The notes under the pieces: generated by a model
What the model was told of the DNA's origin: nothing
The model's database searches: none
The model's input: only the letters and a program-made list of their open reading frames with translations
In this document: piece by piece, positions 9,312 through 18,055 of the stretch
How the letters are laid out: each line of letters begins with the position of its first letter
Numbering within the stretch: the stretch's first letter is position 1
Translations under genes and position numbers: made by a program
From: Geodermatophilaceae bacterium
Lineage (GTDB): Bacteria; Actinomycetota; Actinomycetes; Mycobacteriales; Geodermatophilaceae
Assembly: GCA_013695685.1 (NCBI GenBank)
Contig: JACCZY010000046.1
Location: 5,464-69,463 of the forward strand
DNA: 64,000 bases
Direction of reading: 5' to 3'

Positions 9312-10469
9312 GTGATGCAGTCGAGTCGTCTCCTGCTCCGCCGCACGCTTGTCCGGAGCTCGGTCGTAGCGGCATCGGCGCTCATGGCAGCCGGGCTGGC
9401 TGTCGTCCCGGCGTCGGCGGCTGATCCATTGCGAACCACCGAAGCTGCGGGGGCATCGCAGTTCATCGGGGAGGAAACTCTCCCTACGGGTCTGATGTTC
9501 GAAGGGACAGAGGTCGGTGGGCTGTCCGGGATCAGCTACGACTCCGCGCGCGATGTCTATTACGCGATCTCAGACGATCGCAGCCAGCTGGACCCGGCGC
9601 GGTTCTACACCCTGCAGATCGACCTGTCCGACGGTTCCCTCGACAGCGGGGACGTGTCTGTTATCAACGTGACCACGCTGCGCGATCCGCGAGGACGCCC
9701 CTTCCCGGAACTGAGCCTGGACCCAGAATCCATAGCGCTCACCCCCCGCCGCACGCTCATCATCACGTCCGAGGGAGACGCGACTCAGCTCATCGACCCC
9801 TTTGTGCGCGAGTTCAGCCTGAACGGACGGCAACTCAATAACGCATTCGTGCCGGGCTACTACGACCCGGCAGCCGACGGAACTTCCGGTGTACGGAACA
9901 ACCTGGGGTTCGAGAGCGCCGGCATCACGCCGGACGGGGACTACCTGTTCACCGGGACCGAGAACGCCCTGGCCCAGGACGGCCCGACCGCCACGCTGAC
10001 GACTACGAGCCCGGCACGGATACTGCGCTATGACCAGTCCGGTCGACTGGACAGGGAATTCGTGTACGTCGTCGAACCGGTGCAGGACCCACCGGTACCA
10101 GCCGACGGGTTCGTGGTGAACGGTCTGGTTGAGCTGTTGCCGCTCGGGCCGACTCGGCTGCTGGCGATGGAGCGCAGCTTCTCCACCGGCGTCGGTAATG
10201 ACGCCCGCGTCTACCTGGTGGACACCGCGGAGGCTACGAATGTCCGGGGGGTGCCGAAGCTGCCCGAGGACCTGTCGCTGCTTCGGGTAGTGCGCAAGAC
10301 CCTCGTCGTCGACCTGGACGTTCTGGGTATCACGTTGGACAACCTGGAGGGATTGACCTTCGGGCCGGCGCTACCCGATGGGCGGCAGAGCGTGCTGATC
10401 GTCAGTGACAACAACTTCTCCACCACCCAGGTGACCCAGTTCCTCGCTTTCGCGGTCTCAGGCCCCTGA
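9312..10469 (+). CDS. Secreted protein resembling the 'esterase-like activity of phytase' family
   Basis: Signal peptide ending in PASAAD. GLSGISYD, DPESIA, LEGLTFG and VSDNNF recall PF13449-type beta-propeller proteins; this assignment is from memory. Confidence 0.6.
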   Translation: MMQSSRLLLRRTLVRSSVVAASALMAAGLAVVPASAADPLRTTEAAGASQFIGEETLPTGLMFEGTEVGGLSGISYDSARDVYYAISDDRSQLDPARFYTLQIDLSDGSLDSGDVSVINVTTLRDPRGRPFPELSLDPESIALTPRRTLIITSEGDATQLIDPFVREFSLNGRQLNNAFVPGYYDPAADGTSGVRNNLGFESAGITPDGDYLFTGTENALAQDGPTATLTTTSPARILRYDQSGRLDREFVYVVEPVQDPPVPADGFVVNGLVELLPLGPTRLLAMERSFSTGVGNDARVYLVDTAEATNVRGVPKLPEDLSLLRVVRKTLVVDLDVLGITLDNLEGLTFGPALPDGRQSVLIVSDNNFSTTQVTQFLAFAVSGP

Positions 10470-10669
10470 GTTCACCGCCGCGACGATGAGAGCGCGCTCC
10501 GGTTCTTGTCGGCCCGCACGGCCAGGCGACTGACGGCGAGCACGCAGACGGAAGGCGTCCCCTCAGCGGGACGAGTTGTGCAGCGACGATTTGCTGACGA
10601 ACCACGTCCCGCAGCGTGTCGAGAACGCCGATCCATCGATCGACTCTCTGGCGAAGGCGTTGACGGTTC

Positions 10670-10691
10670 TGTCGGTGCTGGGGTTTACTAT
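10670..10691 (+). promoter_or_regulatory. RecA-NDp / PafBC-type DNA-damage promoter motif (TGTCGGTG-N8-TACTAT)
   Basis: tgtcggtg (10670-10677), 8 nt, then tactat (10686-10691). This matches the actinobacterial LexA-independent damage-promoter consensus tTGTCRgtg-N8-TAnnnT as I recall it. Confidence 0.6.
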
Positions 10692-10699
10692 CCCCTCAT

Positions 10700-10715
10700 T
10701 CGAACACAAGTTCGA
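10700..10715 (+). promoter_or_regulatory. LexA (SOS) box TCGAACacaaGTTCGA
   Basis: Perfect match to the actinobacterial/mycobacterial SOS box TCGAAC-N4-GTTCGA. It begins 9 nt downstream of the putative -10 hexamer, so it would overlap the transcription start. Confidence 0.8.
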
Positions 10716-10936
10716 ATGCCTGCCGGATCGAAGGTCTTTCGCGAAGCCGTCGTCTCGGCAGGACAGGGGCCAGGCTGTGGCCGGTCTGGCCCCGCTGGCG
10801 AGGACGCTCGCCGGAAGCAGCGGGTCTCGACCCCCGCTGTTTCGCCAGCTCGCTCACGGGTCCGGCGGTGCGGAGAAATCGCCGGCGGACCCGTGCTCCC
10901 GGATATAGATCGCCTCATGTAGCGAAGGGAGAAGTG

Positions 10937-11284
10937 GTGACCAGGCTGCATGCCGACCCCATCGACGTGGAGCGCGGCATGGTCGATGGCGGCAGCGGTG
11001 CCGAGCGGATCGAGGGACCTGCCCACTTCCACTGGGGCCGGCGGTCCTACGTCGTGCACGCCGTGCTCGATCACTGGATGGAGGCCGGGAACTGGTGGCG
11101 GCGGACCGGCCGTCCCCGAACCGAGCCCGGCGGTGCGGCACCCCGGCTCGACGACGGCGAGCGGGAGGTGTGGCGGGTCGAGGCCCGGCAGCTGCACGCC
11201 GGAAGGGACGCCCCGGTGGGCGTCTTCGATCTGAACTTCGACTGGAGCGTGGGGCGATGGTCATTGATTCGCGTGCACGACTGA
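10937..11284 (+). CDS. Small conserved protein, DUF6504-like (first gene of the DnaE2 operon)
   Basis: SD-like AAGGGAG lies 6 nt upstream of the GTG (alternative GTG at 10934). WMEAGNWW, EVWRVEA and GVFDLNFDWSVGRWSL match my memory of DUF6504 proteins. Overlaps the next ORF by 28 nt. Confidence 0.65.
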   Translation: MTRLHADPIDVERGMVDGGSGAERIEGPAHFHWGRRSYVVHAVLDHWMEAGNWWRRTGRPRTEPGGAAPRLDDGEREVWRVEARQLHAGRDAPVGVFDLNFDWSVGRWSLIRVHD

Positions 11285-11742
11285 CACGTGCACCACTGGC
11301 AGAGAGCCAGCCGACCCAACTCGCGTTGCTGCGGCCGAGGAGAGCGGTGTCCCCCTCCGCGCTCGTTCTGCTCGGTCAGGCGCAGGTTGGCCTGGCCGAG
11401 GCCGCTCAGTTGCCGTCCTCCGGTGAGCGGTACGCCGGGGCGCATCTGGCCGCGCTGCGGGCGACCGCGGCGGTGCTGGCGGCGCGGGCGAACCCGGACA
11501 CCCATGCAGGCAGCGGGTCGAGACGACGGCGCCGGCTGCGCAGCGCCTGGGATCTGCTGTGCGAGGTCGCTCCGGAGATGGGGGAGTGGGCGGCGTTCTT
11601 CGCCGCGGGTGCGCCCAAGCGCGCGGCGGCCGAGGCCGGTGTGACGCGAGCGGTCACGGCCCGCGAGGCAGATGACCTGGTTCGCGACGTCGAGACGTTT
11701 CTCGCTGTCGTGGCCACCACCGTCGGCGTCTGCCCGTCCTGA
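11257..11742 (+). CDS. SAV_6107-family HEPN-like domain protein (apparently lacks the Rx4-6H catalytic motif)
   Basis: ERYAGAHLAALRATAAVLAAR, RSAWDLLCEVAPEMGEWAAFFA and READDLVRDVETFL match my memory of the SAV_6107 HEPN family. The stop overlaps the dnaE2 ATG (TGATG). Confidence 0.65.
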   Translation: MVIDSRARLTRAPLAESQPTQLALLRPRRAVSPSALVLLGQAQVGLAEAAQLPSSGERYAGAHLAALRATAAVLAARANPDTHAGSGSRRRRRLRSAWDLLCEVAPEMGEWAAFFAAGAPKRAAAEAGVTRAVTAREADDLVRDVETFLAVVATTVGVCPS

Positions 11743-14700
11743 TGAGTGATCCGTTCGTGCATCTGCACGTGGCCTCCGGCTACTCGCTGCGCTACGGCGC
11801 CAGCCACCCCGCGACGCTGGTCGCGCGAGCGGCCGAGCACGGGATGGACACCCAGGCGCTCACCGATCGGGACGGCCTCTACGGCGCGGTGAAGTTCGTC
11901 AATGCCTGCCGCAGCGCCGGTATCCGGCCGGTCTTCGGGGTGGACTTGGCTGTCCGCCCGGCCGCCCATCCGGCGTTGAAAGGGGCGCCGGCCCGCAAGT
12001 CGCCGGCGCGGGGCGGGATCAGCGTGGACCCACGTCTGCCCCGGGTCACCCTGCTGGCGCGCACCGGTAAGGGCTGGGCCTCGCTGGCCCGGCTGATCAG
12101 CGCCACCCACCTCGGCGGGGAGCGGGGTACGCCGGTGAGCAGCCTGGAACTCATCGCCGAGCACTCCGAGGGCGTGCTGGTACTGCTCGGGCCGGAGTCC
12201 GAGGTCGGCCGGGCGCTGGCCGAGCGACGTCCCGACCTGGCCCGGGCACATCTGGGGCGGTGGCGGGAGGCACTGGGCCGCCGCCAGGTACTCGCCGAGG
12301 TGGTGCACCACCGAGCCAGGGGGGACCGGGTGCGGGCTGGTGCACTGCTGGGCTTCGCCGCCGAGCACCGGCTGCCCGCCGTACTGACCAACGCGGTGCG
12401 CTACGCCGAGCCGCATGACGCCCCGACCGCCGACGTGCTGGATTCCGCTCGCCGGCTCGTCCCACTGGATTCGCGGCACATCGACCGGCGTAATGCCGAG
12501 GGATACCTGAAGTCGGGCAAGCAGATGGCCGAGGTCGCCGAGGAGATCACCGGGCCGGACCGGGACGCCGCCGGCAGGCTGCTGGCTGCGACCCGGCAGG
12601 TGGCCGAGCGCTGCGCTGTCGATCCACGCGCCGACCTGGGAATCGGGGAGGTGCACTTTCCGGAACTGTCGGTCACTCGCCGGCCCCGGGAGGCTGCGGC
12701 CGGACCACAGGATGTGTTGCGGCTGCGCTGCGAGGCCGGCTTCGGCCGCCGGGGAATGGACCCAGGGCCCGTCGTACGTGGCCGGCTGGATGACGAGCTT
12801 GAAATCATCGGGACGCGCGGCTACCCGTCGTACTTCCTCACCGTCGCCGACGTGACCGACCTGATCCGGGCGATGAAGGTCAGGGTGGCCGCGCGGGGAT
12901 CGGGCGCGGGCAGCCTGGTGAACTACCTGCTCGGGATCTCCGACGTCGACCCGATCCGGCACCGGCTGCTGATGGAGCGGTTCCTCTCCCCGCTGCGCCA
13001 GGCGCTGCCCGACATCGACGTCGACGTGGAGTCCGCCCGCCGGATGGAGGTCTACGACGCCATCCTGGACCGCTTCGGTGCCGAGCGGTGCACGTGCGTG
13101 TCGATGATGGACACCTACCGGGTCCGGCACGCCATCCGCGACGTCGGCGCGGCGCTCGGCATGCCGCCGGGGGAGATCGACACCATCGCCAAGGCGTTCC
13201 CGCACATCCGGGCAAACCAGGTCAAAGCGGCGCTGTGCGACCTGCCGGAACTGCGGGCCAGCGGACTGGGCAGCGACCAGCTGACGGTGCTCTTCGACCT
13301 GGTCGAGCGGCTGGACGGCCTGCCCCGGCACATCGCCCTGCACCCGTGCGGGGTGCTGCTGTCCGATGCCACCCTGCTCGACCGCACGCCGGTGGAGGCC
13401 AGCTACCTCGGCTACCCGATGAGCCAGTTCGACAAGGACGACGTGGAAAACCTCGGCCTGCTCAAGCTCGACGTACTCGGCATCCGCATGCAGTCGGCGA
13501 TGGCCTACGCGATGGACGAGGTGGCCCGGGTCGACGGGCACCGGCCCGACGTCGACACCGCGCCGTTGGACGATCCGGCGACGTACGGGCTGATCCAGTC
13601 CACCCGGACGCTGGGGTGCTTCCAGATCGAGTCGCCCGGTCAGCGCGAACTGGTCGGCAAGTTCTCCCCGGAGACCTTCACCGACATCATCATCGACATC
13701 TCGCTGTTCCGGCCGGGTCCGGTCAAGAGCGACATGGTGACGCCGTTCCTGCGCGCCCGGCAGGGGTGGTGCGAGCCGCAGTACCCGCATCCGGATCTTG
13801 AGGACGCCCTGGCCGAGACGTACGGCGTGGTCGTCTTCCACGAGCAGGTGCTGGAGATCGTGGCGGTGCTCACCGGCGTGAGCCTGGCCGAGGCCGATGA
13901 GGTACGCCGGGCGCTCGGGGAGTTCGACGCGCACGCCGAGGTGCAGGCCTGGTTCATCCCGGCCGCGCTCGGCCAGGGCTATCCGCTCGACGTGGTCGAG
14001 CAGGCGTGGAATGTGCTCGCCGCGTTCGCCTCGTTCGGGTTCTGCAAGGCGCATGCGGCGGCGTTCGCGCTCCCGACGTACCAGTCGGCGTGGCTCAAGG
14101 CGCACCACACCGCGGCGTTTCTCGCCGGCGTGCTCACCCACGATCCCGGTATGTACCCCAAACGGCTGATCCTCGACGACGCCCGCAACTTCGGGATCGC
14201 GATCCTCCCGCTGGACGTCAACGTCTCCGACCAGGCCTATCGGGTGGAAAAGCAATCCGAGGGCTACGGCATCCGGCTGTCACTGACCGACGTCAAGGGC
14301 GTCACCGAGGCGGAGGTGGCCGGAATCGTGGCCGGGCGGCCGTACGCGTCGTTGTCGGACTTCTGGCGCCGCGCCGGGGTGTCGCGCCCGATCGCCGAGC
14401 GGCTCGTGCTCGCCGGCGGGTTCGACTCGACGTACGCGATCGGATCGAGGATGCCGGTACGCCGACGCAACCAGGTGACCCGCCGCGACCTGCTGCTGCA
14501 GGTGGCCGAGCTCGACGTCTGGAGCCGGGCGACCGCCCGAGCCGATCGGGCGCTGGCGCCCCGCAGACGTTCCGCCCACCGTCCCGCCGCCGGCGCCGCA
14601 GCCGCAGCCGGCGCACCGGACGGGCTGTCGGTGCGGGACTCGATACGAGACGCTGCCGCGCGGCAGTCACGTGCCACCGCCGGGGTCGCCCCGCAGCAGG

Positions 14701-15449
14701 TGCAGCTCGCCCTGGATCTCGGCGCGGGCTCCGGCTCGGGCTCCGGCGCGGACTCCGGCGCGGGGTCCGATTCAGGGGAGCGCCGCTCAGGACTGCCGGA
14801 GATGACCGAGGCGGAGCTGGTCCGCGCCGAGTTGGAGATCCTGGGGCTCGATGCCAGTCGGCACATCGTCGACTTCTACTCGACGTTCCTCGATGCCTTG
14901 GGGGTGGTCCGCTCCCGCGACCTGCTGGGGTGCAGGAGCAAGGCGGAGATTCTCGTCGCCGGGGTCAAGGTGGCCACCCAGACCCCACCGGTGCGCTCCG
15001 GTCGCCGGGTGGTCTTCGTGACCCTGGACGACTCCACCGGCCCGGTCGACGCGACGTTCTTCGAGGACGCCCAGGGGCCGTATGCGATGACGGTGTTCCA
15101 CTCCTGGCTGCTGGTCGTCCGCGGCGTGGTCCGCCGGACGGGAAGACGGGGCGTCTCGCTGCGGGCCACCGGCTGCTGGGAGCTTCCGGCGCTTCGCCAG
15201 ACCTGGGAATCGGTGGGAATGCCCGGTGTGTGGGAGGCGATGGACAGGTCCGCCGCGGACCTCACCGAGCAGGCGCTGCAGGGGGCGGCGGCGAGCCACT
15301 CCTCCCGGCCGGTGATGGCTCGCCCGGTGCTGGTTCACCCGTCGGGCTTCCGGATGTCGCCGTACGCCGACCTGAAACCGCCCGGGGAGGACGGCAAGAC
15401 CGTGCCGCGCAAGCTGTGGCACTCCAGCCCGGGCAGCTCCGGACACTGA
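11742..15449 (+). CDS. dnaE2: DnaE2-type (error-prone-like) DNA polymerase III alpha subunit
   Basis: PHP domain (FVHLHVASGYS, LTDRDGLYGAV). Polymerase core motifs LPDIDVDVES, GLLKLDVLGI, FQIESPGQ, SLFRPGPV and FGFCKAHAAAFA. C-terminal OB fold (ILVAGVKVATQTPP...VVFVTLDDSTGPVDATFF). The N-terminus resembles DnaE2 more than DnaE1. Confidence 0.85.
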   Translation: MSDPFVHLHVASGYSLRYGASHPATLVARAAEHGMDTQALTDRDGLYGAVKFVNACRSAGIRPVFGVDLAVRPAAHPALKGAPARKSPARGGISVDPRLPRVTLLARTGKGWASLARLISATHLGGERGTPVSSLELIAEHSEGVLVLLGPESEVGRALAERRPDLARAHLGRWREALGRRQVLAEVVHHRARGDRVRAGALLGFAAEHRLPAVLTNAVRYAEPHDAPTADVLDSARRLVPLDSRHIDRRNAEGYLKSGKQMAEVAEEITGPDRDAAGRLLAATRQVAERCAVDPRADLGIGEVHFPELSVTRRPREAAAGPQDVLRLRCEAGFGRRGMDPGPVVRGRLDDELEIIGTRGYPSYFLTVADVTDLIRAMKVRVAARGSGAGSLVNYLLGISDVDPIRHRLLMERFLSPLRQALPDIDVDVESARRMEVYDAILDRFGAERCTCVSMMDTYRVRHAIRDVGAALGMPPGEIDTIAKAFPHIRANQVKAALCDLPELRASGLGSDQLTVLFDLVERLDGLPRHIALHPCGVLLSDATLLDRTPVEASYLGYPMSQFDKDDVENLGLLKLDVLGIRMQSAMAYAMDEVARVDGHRPDVDTAPLDDPATYGLIQSTRTLGCFQIESPGQRELVGKFSPETFTDIIIDISLFRPGPVKSDMVTPFLRARQGWCEPQYPHPDLEDALAETYGVVVFHEQVLEIVAVLTGVSLAEADEVRRALGEFDAHAEVQAWFIPAALGQGYPLDVVEQAWNVLAAFASFGFCKAHAAAFALPTYQSAWLKAHHTAAFLAGVLTHDPGMYPKRLILDDARNFGIAILPLDVNVSDQAYRVEKQSEGYGIRLSLTDVKGVTEAEVAGIVAGRPYASLSDFWRRAGVSRPIAERLVLAGGFDSTYAIGSRMPVRRRNQVTRRDLLLQVAELDVWSRATARADRALAPRRRSAHRPAAGAAAAAGAPDGLSVRDSIRDAAARQSRATAGVAPQQVQLALDLGAGSGSGSGADSGAGSDSGERRSGLPEMTEAELVRAELEILGLDASRHIVDFYSTFLDALGVVRSRDLLGCRSKAEILVAGVKVATQTPPVRSGRRVVFVTLDDSTGPVDATFFEDAQGPYAMTVFHSWLLVVRGVVRRTGRRGVSLRATGCWELPALRQTWESVGMPGVWEAMDRSAADLTEQALQGAAASHSSRPVMARPVLVHPSGFRMSPYADLKPPGEDGKTVPRKLWHSSPGSSGH
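14721..14778 (+). repeat. Low-complexity Gly/Ser/Ala/Asp-coding repeat inside dnaE2 (GAGSGSGSGADSGAGSDSG)
   Basis: Reiterated ggctcc/ggcgcg hexamers, in frame, located between the polymerase core and the OB-fold domain. Confidence 0.7.
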
Positions 15450-15562
15450 CCTCATCCGTCGGAGCTGCCCTCCAGACATGCGGGCGACCGCATCCTGCGC
15501 CCCGGACTTGCTGGAGTCGGGTCCGCAACTCAACTGCGTTACGCGTACACCATGATGTCGTT

Positions 15563-17182
15563 GTGGCAGCCGACCGGGTCCTCGCCCGGCGGATACTCGA
15601 GGCGGTGGCAGCCGCCGGTGTAGACACCGTGTTCGGGCTGCCCGGCGTACACAATCTTGCGTTCTGGCGGGAGCACGGGCCGGACCTGCCGCGGATCGTC
15701 GGTGTCCGCCACGAGCAGACGGCGGTGTACGCCGCAGACGGGCAGGCCCGGGCGAGCGGCGGGCTCGGTGTCGCGCTCACGACCACCGGTCCGGGCGCCG
15801 CCAACGCCCTCGCCGCATTCGGGGAGGCCGCCGCCTCGGCCTCGCCCGTCCTGCTGGTCGCCACCGAGATCTCCACCAGGCTTCGGCGGCCCGGTGTGCT
15901 GCGTGGTGTCCTGCATGAGTCCGCCGACCAAGCGGGACTCTTCGCGCCGCTGGCCAAGGCCGTCTACCGGCCGCGGACGCCCGCGAACGTGGTGGAGCAG
16001 CTGGCGGCGGCGATCCAGACCGCGCTCACGTCCCCCCGAGGCCCGGTGTATGTCGACGTCCCGACCGACCTGCTGAGCCATTCCGCGCCGGCCGGTGCCC
16101 TGCAGCCGACGACGACCGTCGTGCCCGATCCCGAGGACATCGACCGCCTCCGCGGCGAGCTCGACGCGGCTCCGCGGATCGTGATCTGGGCAGGTGGCGG
16201 CGTCGTGCAGGCCGACGCCTCGGCCGAACTGGCCCGGCTGGCCGAGCTGCTGAGGGCACCGGTCGTGACCAGCTGGGCGGGCCGGGGTGTGCTCCCCCCG
16301 GAGCACCCGTGGCTGGTCGGAGCACCGCCACACGAGCCGGCCGTCGCCGATCTCGTCGCCGGTGCCGACCTGCTCCTCGCGGTGGGTACCGGCTTCGACG
16401 CGACGACCACCCGCAATTGGACGATGCCTATGCCGGCCCGACTGGCGTGCGTCAACGTCGACGCCGACGAGATGACTAAGAACTACTCGCCCGATGTCGC
16501 CGTGGTCGGTGACGCGAAGCTGGTCCTCGCTGCCCTCGCGGAGCAGGTCGCCCGGCCATCGGGGACCAACCCGGTCGCGGGTCTGCGGGCCGCCGTACGG
16601 GCGCGGCTGGCCGACGACCCAGCCGGGCCGGAACCGCTGCAGCTGTTGCGGTCGATCGGGGCAGCCATCGCAGGCGCCGACATCACCGTCATCGCCGACA
16701 TGGCGATCCCCGGCTACTGGTGGGTGGCCTACGGTGCCGTGGCCGGGCCGCGGCGGCTGCAGTACCCGCTCGGCTGGGGCACTCTCGGGTACGCGCTTCC
16801 CGCAGCCGTCGGTGCCGCGACGGTGCGCCCGGCGCTCGTCCTCTGCGGCGACGGCGGCCTCCTCATGGGCGTCGGTGAGCTCGCCACCCTGGCCCAGGAG
16901 GAGCTGCCGGTGACAGTCCTGGTCGTGGACGACGGGGGCTACGGCATGCTCCGCTACGACCAGAACCGTCTCGGTGACCCCCATCGGGGCGTGGATCTGC
17001 GGTCACCGGACTGGTCGCAGCTCGGCGCGGCGTTCGGCCTCCCCACCGAGATCGTCGATGGCGTCGGTGCACCGCTGGAGCAGGCGCTGCGCCGTGCGCT
17101 TGGCTCCGGCGGTCCTCGGCTCGTCGCCGTAGCGGCCCGGTTCGTCCCCCCGCGGACGACCTCGCCCCGCTGGAACGACTGA
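15563..17182 (+). CDS. Thiamine-pyrophosphate-dependent enzyme (acetolactate-synthase-like family)
   Basis: Three-domain TPP layout: GVDTVFGLPG, TTGPGAANA, and the TPP motif CGDGGLLMG...VLVVDDGGYG. GTG start chosen; the upstream part of the 1058-aa ORF overlaps dnaE2 in another frame. Confidence 0.85.
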   Translation: MAADRVLARRILEAVAAAGVDTVFGLPGVHNLAFWREHGPDLPRIVGVRHEQTAVYAADGQARASGGLGVALTTTGPGAANALAAFGEAAASASPVLLVATEISTRLRRPGVLRGVLHESADQAGLFAPLAKAVYRPRTPANVVEQLAAAIQTALTSPRGPVYVDVPTDLLSHSAPAGALQPTTTVVPDPEDIDRLRGELDAAPRIVIWAGGGVVQADASAELARLAELLRAPVVTSWAGRGVLPPEHPWLVGAPPHEPAVADLVAGADLLLAVGTGFDATTTRNWTMPMPARLACVNVDADEMTKNYSPDVAVVGDAKLVLAALAEQVARPSGTNPVAGLRAAVRARLADDPAGPEPLQLLRSIGAAIAGADITVIADMAIPGYWWVAYGAVAGPRRLQYPLGWGTLGYALPAAVGAATVRPALVLCGDGGLLMGVGELATLAQEELPVTVLVVDDGGYGMLRYDQNRLGDPHRGVDLRSPDWSQLGAAFGLPTEIVDGVGAPLEQALRRALGSGGPRLVAVAARFVPPRTTSPRWND

Positions 17183-17203
17183 TCCGCGGCATACCATCGG
17201 GGC

Positions 17204-18046
17204 ATGGTCACCCCCGCCACGATGTCCCCGCCACGCACGGTTCCGGCCGGCATTCCCCGACCCGAGTACGTCGGCAAGCCTGGGCCTGCGCCGTACACCG
17301 GGCCGGAGGTCAAGGACGCCGACACCATCGCGGCGATGCGGGTGTCCGGCCGGCTGGCCGCCCAGGCGCTGGCCGAGGTAGGACGGCAGGTAGCGCCCGG
17401 CGTCACCACTGACGAGCTCGACCGGATCGGCCACGAGTTCCTCATCGCCCACGGCGCCTATCCGTCGACCCTCGGCTACAAGGGCTTCCCGAAATCGCTG
17501 TGTACGTCGATCAACGAGGTGATCTGCCACGGCATCCCGGACGCGACGGTGCTGTGCGACGGCGACATCGTCAACGTCGACATCACCGGCTACCTCGAGG
17601 GGGTGCACGGCGACACCGACGCGACCTTCCCCGTCGGGGAGATCGACGAGGAGTCCCGACTGCTGATCGAGCGCACGCATGAGGCGATGATGCGCGGCAT
17701 CAGAGCTGTCAAGCCCGGCCGATCGATCAGTGTGATCGGCCGGGTGATCGAGTCCTACGCCAAGCGCTTCGGGTACGGCGTGGTCCGCGACTACACCGGC
17801 CACGGCATCGGCACCGCGTTCCACACCGGCCTCGTCGTGCTGCACTACGACGAGCCGCGTGTGAACACCGTGCTGGAGCCCGGGATGACCTTCACGGTCG
17901 AGCCGATGCTCACCCTGGGTTCGATCGAGCACGACGTCTGGCCGGACGGGTGGACCGTGGTGACGCGTGACGGCCGCCGCAGCGCACAGTTCGAGCACAC
18001 CCTGCTCGTGACCGACGACGGCGCTGAGATCCTGACCCTCCCTTAG
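17204..18046 (+). CDS. map: Type I methionine aminopeptidase
   Basis: Metal-ligand motifs [18 protein letters not shown] and QFEHT. N-terminal extension as seen in actinobacterial MapB. Confidence 0.95.
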   Translation: MVTPATMSPPRTVPAGIPRPEYVGKPGPAPYTGPEVKDADTIAAMRVSGRLAAQALAEVGRQVAPGVTTDELDRIGHEFLIAHGAYPSTLGYKGFPKSLCTSINEVICHGIPDATVLCDGDIVNVDITGYLEGVHGDTDATFPVGEIDEESRLLIERTHEAMMRGIRAVKPGRSISVIGRVIESYAKRFGYGVVRDYTGHGIGTAFHTGLVVLHYDEPRVNTVLEPGMTFTVEPMLTLGSIEHDVWPDGWTVVTRDGRRSAQFEHTLLVTDDGAEILTLP

Positions 18047-18055
18047 GGTCGAGCG

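Noticed and set aside
10700-10720. GTTCGAAT string resembling a tRNA T-loop
   Set aside because: The flanking 5-mers (acaag / gcctg) cannot form a T-stem, and no acceptor or anticodon arm can be drawn. The sequence is fully explained as the second half of the palindromic LexA box.
10506-10922. Track ORFs 10506-10922 and 10576-10908 filling the gap between the phytase-like gene and the DnaE2 operon
   Set aside because: They have no family resemblance and lower third-position GC than surrounding genes. They also run straight through the promoter and SOS-box elements. Only the short 10716-10922 portion is kept, as a low-confidence uORF idea.
11406-14255. 949-aa ORF antisense to dnaE2, and similar very long shadow ORFs elsewhere (796-3528 upstream extension, 1992-3944, 17003-18964, 23159-25186, 26430-28601, 36889-38274, 52280-54034, 61951-63720)
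   Set aside because: Their translations are Arg/Pro/Gly/Ala-rich low-complexity strings with no recognisable motifs. Each lies opposite, or out of frame with, a gene that has strong family signatures. Stop-codon depletion in high-GC DNA explains them.
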